Positions 58,080-64,000 of a DNA stretch of 64,000 nt are shown piece after piece. Every line of letters begins with the position of its first letter. The first letter of the stretch is position 1. The translations under genes were made by a program, and so were the position numbers. Source of the DNA: Eledone cirrhosa (Eukaryota). Where the stretch lies: NCBI GenBank assembly GCA_964016885.1, contig OZ024740.1, forward strand, positions 290,036,001 through 290,100,000, in the 5' to 3' direction. Below the pieces are notes generated by a model. It saw only the letters and a program-made list of their open reading frames with translations, searched no databases and had not been told where the DNA came from.

Positions 58080-60705
58080 TGTTAACTTCGGAGGGAAGAT
58101 TTTTAAAGATTCCTGGTTAACTTTCCTGGGGGCTGTGGTTTATGTATCTCTGAAAGCTAAGAGATATTATTTGCCATGGGCCCCATCCTGAACAAACTCA
58201 CCAAACGCTACTCGAACTGCGTACACAAAACGTACACCCCAATACTAGTAACATCAACAACAACAGCAGTAGCAACAGTAGCAGGATCACCACCACCACC
58301 ACCACCCACCACGCCAGAATCTACACCACTAATAACATCACCAGAAATACAAGACATTCCCCTCCCTGACCTGGCATACTCGGACATAGAGACATAGGGT
58401 GTTGCAAATTATGAAGTAAAAGCGAAAAAAAGGAAAAAGTGGACAATCCACCCACAAAAGCAGACAATTCCAAAAAACACATCACACCCATAGTACATAC
58501 AACACCAACAGAAATCTCCACAGTACCATCCAATCCACTATTACCAAAACCGTCACCACCACCACCACTACCACCACCGACACCACCGACACCACCACCA
58601 CCACCACCACCAGGCTCACCTCTAGACTCAGCATCAACACAACAAACAACCTCCAAAAGACAATCAAACCCTAGTCCGCAGCAACAACAGCCAATACAAA
58701 AGACAGACTCTTCTCACTATTCAGCAATAAACATTAAGAATAGAAATTTAGAAACAAACTACATAACACCCACCAAAATCGCACCTCTCACACACATAAA
58801 AATTATAACAATAGACCAAAGCACATACACAAACTTAAAAAAGAAATTCCCCAAAGATATTGGAGACTTCCGTGGGACAATATCAAGAAGAATATGCACA
58901 GACATTGTATTAAAAGAACCCGCAACTAGCCAGAAGGATGGAGCAATCGTCCTTCCCCCAAATGACTTGAGGTAAGTGGTCTGTCCCACTTTTCTCCACT
59001 CTTTATTTGAGGATGGCCTTACTCAGAATAGGCAGCTTCAATCCATGTGGATTGGGGTCGTCATGGAAGCAGAGACACCTTCTCAGTGACCTCAGACCAA
59101 TGAACATATATGTGGTGGTCATTAGTGAGACCAGAATTTCCGAGGCACAAGCCTTCGCACCTATTTTCGGCGGCTACGAGGTGTACGCATCTCCAAGCGA
59201 TCCGGGATCTAGAGGTGGAGTCGCTGAATTGTTTCGGAAAAGCCTGGATCTCACGATACGGATCATCTTTCAGGACCCAGAAGGTAAGTTGGTGGTGCTG
59301 GACGTGACCAGCAGCGAAGGATACGCGTTCGGGCAAGTGGCTGTCTTTGCCCCAACAGAAGCAGGAGAGCCTGATATCTTGAGGCGCATAGAGACCTTCC
59401 TAGGAACATCCCATTATTTAGTGTTAGTGGGCGACTGGTGTCTTAGACGTATGCTTAGACTGTGTTGGGCTCGAAAATAGGGGAGGAGGGTGTACAATCC
59501 TCACAAACTTGCTCAGACATTTCCAATTGTCTGACAGGTACCGACTGGATTTCCGAATGTACCAATGTGGACAAGGAAAAACCGATCGGCTCATCCAGAT
59601 CGTATCTAGATAAGGTATTTTGTAGGGAACTAGATAAGACTAGCATAAGCTGTCCTCATTTCAAAATAGTCGACTACATAGACCACAAATTTGTGATATG
59701 TACAGTCGACTGAGATCGGCTTCATAGACTGGGTCCCGATTACTGAACGTATCATTCCCGGGGCGTAAAGATTACAAAGAGTGGATTAGTGAATTAGCTT
59801 ACGGGAGCAATCGTTAATAACACATGGTGGTTCGCCCTGAAAAAGAGCTATTAGAGCAGCATCGATATGGTTTAGTAAGGCTGTAACGATAAAGAAAATT
59901 AGACTAGAGGGGGTCTAGTTAAAACACTAGAAGTGGCACTTTCTAAAGGGATTACAGCCGACGAGCTCGCGGTGCGATTGGCCCTGGTCCAATTTTCAGC
60001 GCAAAACACGAAGGCTGCATTGTCAGAGTCAGGGCACGTGATATTAGACACAAGGGGTCGAAAGCCATTCAATGGGGCCTAGTGGTGGAGGTGGGGCGGG
60101 GAAACAAAGCCACAATCTCGTCTTTGGCGGACCACCACGGGCGCATGGTACTTGATCTCATTGATGTATGAGGTTTTTCAGCGACACTTTGCTCAAATGC
60201 TCAGGAGTGGTGGCGGGACTGATCGAGGAATGGATTTCAGAATCAACTCGATGGCCTAACGTGGATCGGGGCGAGGGAAGTGGAGTGTTACGGAAAACCG
60301 ATAACAGCCGAGAAAATGTGGGACGCAATGGCTAGTTGCACGAGGGGAAAATCCCCTGGCTTAGATGGTCTGTCTTACGAGCTTTACACAAACCTGCCAG
60401 ACTTGTTCGGCGACATCTTAGCGCACGTCTACGCCAACTGGCAACAGAATGGGAGAATTCCCAGTTCGGTGAGTCGAGGGGTGGTAGTGCTGGTCCGAAA
60501 GGACCCAAACAAGGGGGACCATATGGACAGTTTCAGACCCATAATTTTGCTGGACGCAGAGTTTAACATTTTAGCCAATGAGGTAGTGACTAGGTTGGCA
60601 CTTGTCGTTGGTGGTCTGGTAAGGGGCACGCAAAAATGCGGCATTCCGAACAGATATATCTAAGTGATGTCCCCTATATTTCGGCCTTTGTTGTCAATAA
60701 ATGAA
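58080..60705 (+). mobile_element. Tx1-like LINE copy C (diverged, internally deleted)
   Basis: ORF2 from 59013 MALLRIGSFNPCGL...LVLVGDW, SYLDKVF, GKSPGLDGLSYE, FRPIILLD, then jumps to a 3' end with AATAAA. Confidence 0.88.
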
Positions 60706-60723
60706 ACAATAATTATTATTATT

Positions 60724-60922
60724 GTGGTGGATTGGTAATATCGGTAGAGTCGGACACCATGCTTGGCAGTCCTTTATGAGCTGAGTTCAAATCCCGCCGA
60801 GGTTGACTTTGCCTTTTATCCTTACGGGGTCGATAAAATAAAGTATCAGTCACGCACTGATGTTGATTTAATTGACTTTCCCCTTCTCCAAAATTGCTGG
60901 CCTTGTGCCTATATAAGAAACC
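60724..60922 (+). mobile_element. tRNA-derived SINE (further degenerate copies at 61545-61920)
   Basis: SINE consensus. Confidence 0.85.
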
Positions 60923-60926
60923 ATTA

Positions 60927-61162
60927 TCTATATATCTAAAATGTCTGTCTGTCTGACTCCCTAAAACTCGACAACCACCCAAAATACTTATGGTCCTGTG
61001 AGTGTTTTGAGCAAAATATATTTCAAATTTTCAATGCCCTAGGGACCGCATTCTTAATGTTTCTTTTTAGATAGATACATAGATATAACGTTGCGCCCTT
61101 ATAATATCTGTCTGTATGTCTGGCTGTCTGCATTACGACATCATGACGTCGCTATCTGTGTT

Positions 61163-61194
<32 letters not shown>

Positions 61195-61532
61195 TATATA
61201 CAGTGTGTGTATACATATATATATATATAGTGTGTGTATATATATATAGTGTGTAACGTTTTTCGAAATATTTACTTCTGCGTTCACAGATTGATTCTTT
61301 TAGTTTCAGAAGATCCCGTTAAGGGTGAAAGCAGCGATTCTTTGCTTAAACTTTAATCTATTATTTTAATATATATATATATAATTATATATTCGTGTAC
61401 AGATTTTTTGCATACACAATAACAAAATATAAACAAACGTATTTATTTCACGAGGCTCGATAAGGATAAATATATATCAAATATATAAGAACCCTAGAGC
61501 AAATCCCGAGCAACGACGGGCCATTCTGCTAG
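60927..61532 (+). mobile_element. Non-autonomous Helitron-like element
   Basis: A|TC start with (GTCT)n, subterminal hairpin cccgagcaacgacggg, CTAG|T end. Confidence 0.78.
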
Positions 61533-61921
61533 TTATTGCTATTCTTGTGGATTGGCAAAATTAGTGTATAAAACATAATGTTTTGATGGTTTACAATATT
61601 TGATCCAGTCTTATATGTTTGAGTTCATATCTCGTAGAAGTCAAATGAGGATGTCGATAATATGAAGTACCAGACAAGTACTGGGTCGATGAAATCGACT
61701 TTCTCATCCCCACAATATTCTGACCTTGTGCCAAAGTTAGTAACCATTATTGCACACACACACACACATTTGGCGGTGGGTTTGCAGAATCGGTAAAGCA
61801 ACGGGCAACATGCTTCATGCTTACAGGGTGAATAAAATGAAGTACCAATAACGTACTGGGGTTGATTAAATCGAACTTCACCTTCCCATCAAATTGCTAG
61901 CCTTGTACTAGAAGTAGAAAT

Positions 61922-61922
61922 A

Positions 61923-61983
<61 letters not shown>

Positions 61984-62088
61984 AGGCTACTGCTGCTGCG
62001 GCTACTGCTGCTGCTGCTCCTACTACTACTTCTGCTGCTGCTGCTACTACTACTACTACTACTACTACTACTGCGGCTACTGCTGCTG

Positions 62089-62180
<92 letters not shown>

Positions 62181-62183
62181 CTG

Positions 62184-62215
<32 letters not shown>

Positions 62216-62255
62216 GCTGCTGCTTCTGCTGCGGCTACTGCTGCTGCTGCTGCTG

Positions 62256-62345
<90 letters not shown>
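61922..62345. repeat. (TAC)n/(TGC)n compound microsatellite
   Basis: Direct inspection; grows from a SINE tail. Confidence 0.95.
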
Positions 62346-62390
62346 TATACAAACACAAACACATTCACAAACTCAAATATATATATATTT

Positions 62391-62885
62391 TTTATAAACA
62401 ACAATCAAAGAGTGTTTTAGAACATTTAATCACTTACGATCGTTTCATCCAAGCACAAGGCCGATTTTTCGGAGTATATAGTAAAAGTTAAAACACAATT
62501 ATAGTATCAGAAGTTTGTCAAAGAACATTTAAAGGATACATATTATGGGAAGTATTAACATTCATATAAGAGAAGATGGCAACTGTAGAAGAAGCATATA
62601 AAAAATATGAGCATATAAATGCAAAAAGTGTTCTCTAGTATGAATGTTAATGCTTATGCTTACTTCCCATATTATGTATCCTCTAAATGTACTTTGACAA
62701 ACTTCTGATATTATATTTGTGTTTTAACCTTTACTATATACACCGATGAATCCGGTCTTCTGCTTGGACGAAGCGATCGTAAGAGATAAAATGTTCTAAA
62801 ACACTCTTTGATTGTTGTTTATAAAGTATTTCGGGTATGTAATATATAATGTAATTAGATAATATTTAATATTACCCACATTTTA
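62391..62885. mobile_element. Older, imperfect foldback (62391-62574 / 62631-62825) with a degenerate hammerhead in each arm and a right tail
   Basis: Arm consensus act CCGATGA atcc...ggat GAAAC GATC GTA agt at 62431-62476(-) and 62738-62787(+). Confidence 0.75.
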
Positions 62886-62891
62886 TATATG

Positions 62892-62934
<43 letters not shown>

Positions 62935-63023
62935 GCATTCACTCACTCATACATATACATCCATTTCGCTCTCTTTTTCTCTCCCCCCTCTCTCTCTATA
63001 TATGCATATATATATATATATAT

Positions 63024-63095
<72 letters not shown>

Positions 63096-63098
<3 letters not shown>

Positions 63099-63441
63099 AG
63101 GGTGTTAAAGTTTGCTTGAAGCATTGTGAAATGTGTAAAATACGTATTTAAGAAAGCCACAACAATGCAGAGGGGAATCTTGAGGTAGGAAGTGAAAGAT
63201 AGATAGGAAAAACAGGTGAAAGTGAAAATTGAGAGAGACAAAGATGAAAACAAAACAAAGGTAGAAGGGTTACCGTAGTAGAGATTTAATCCCATTAAAT
63301 CTCTACTACGGTAACCCTTCTACCTTTGTTTTGTTTTCATCTTTGTCTCTCTCAATTTTCACTTTCACCTGTTTTTCCTATCTATCTTTCACTTCCTACC
63401 TCGAGATTCCCCTCTGCATTGTTGTGGCTTTCTTAAATACG

Positions 63442-63448
<7 letters not shown>
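63096..63448. mobile_element. Foldback: 155-bp arms (63136-63290 / 63294-63448), 3-nt loop, 40-bp left tail
   Basis: Near-perfect reverse complement; (TA)n flanks; no hammerhead seen. Confidence 0.88.
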
Positions 63449-63517
<69 letters not shown>

Positions 63518-63519
<2 letters not shown>

Positions 63520-63692
63520 CGAAGGAAGTGTGGTAAGGAACCAGATTACTCAATACTTAGGGTAGTAGAGTGGGTAATAGGAAACTGTTCCCGATCCCGA
63601 CGGCAGAGCTCAAGCCGTTTCGACGCTATTTCTGGTACAGAAATAGCCGTCGAAACGGCTTGAGCTCTGCCGTCGGCGTCTTGAACATTTTC

Positions 63693-63693
<1 letters not shown>
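63518..63693. mobile_element. Third copy of the 28215 foldback family
   Basis: aacgaagga tail; inversion centred at tttctg gta cagaaa (~63636). Confidence 0.85.
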
Positions 63694-63738
<45 letters not shown>

Positions 63739-64000
63739 AGAGAGAGAGAGAAAGATATGTAAAATTCCGACCGGTTGGTGCCGCTGTCGGGATTTTACCT
63801 ATCTGTATACCCACTCTGCTGTATCTCCCAATGTATTATTGGTCTCCCTGGTCTCAGAGCCACAGGCTCTCTCTCACTCTCTCACTCTCTTTCTCACTCC
63901 CTCTCTCTTTCTCTCTCTTTCTCTCTCTTTCTCTCTCTTTCTCTCTCTTTCTCTCTCTCTGGCTTCTTCAAGACTAGAACTGTTTCATTCGGATGAAACA

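Overview
AT-rich, microsatellite-saturated animal genomic DNA with no host protein-coding gene that I can support. The dominant tRNA-derived SINE resembles the octopod SINEs, so an octopus-like cephalopod is my inference. Most long ORFs in the track are (TA)n/(CA)n/(ACC)n artefacts. Recognisable decayed TEs: Penelope-like (Naiad-type) RT and GIY-YIG fragments, three Tx1/L1-clade LINEs plus fragments, a CRE-like element, RTE, R4/Dong-like and Vingi-like pieces, a mariner, a pogo/Tc2-type MITE, two Helitron-type non-autonomous elements and many SINEs. The main signal is non-coding. The islands between (TA)n tracts are short elements from many unrelated sequence families, built either as inverted-repeat foldbacks with a one-sided tail or as 1.2-mer direct repeats. 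About 18 type I hammerhead ribozyme motifs (intact to degenerate) can be folded by eye in them, including a U3-A8 core variant, very long stem II insertions and a highly structured ~430-nt retrozyme-like unit. Separately, all three Tx1-like copies have a 37-40 nt GT...AG-like spacer whose removal would fuse ORF1 to ORF2 in frame. Coordinates were counted by hand and may be off by a few bases; boundaries of decayed elements are approximate.
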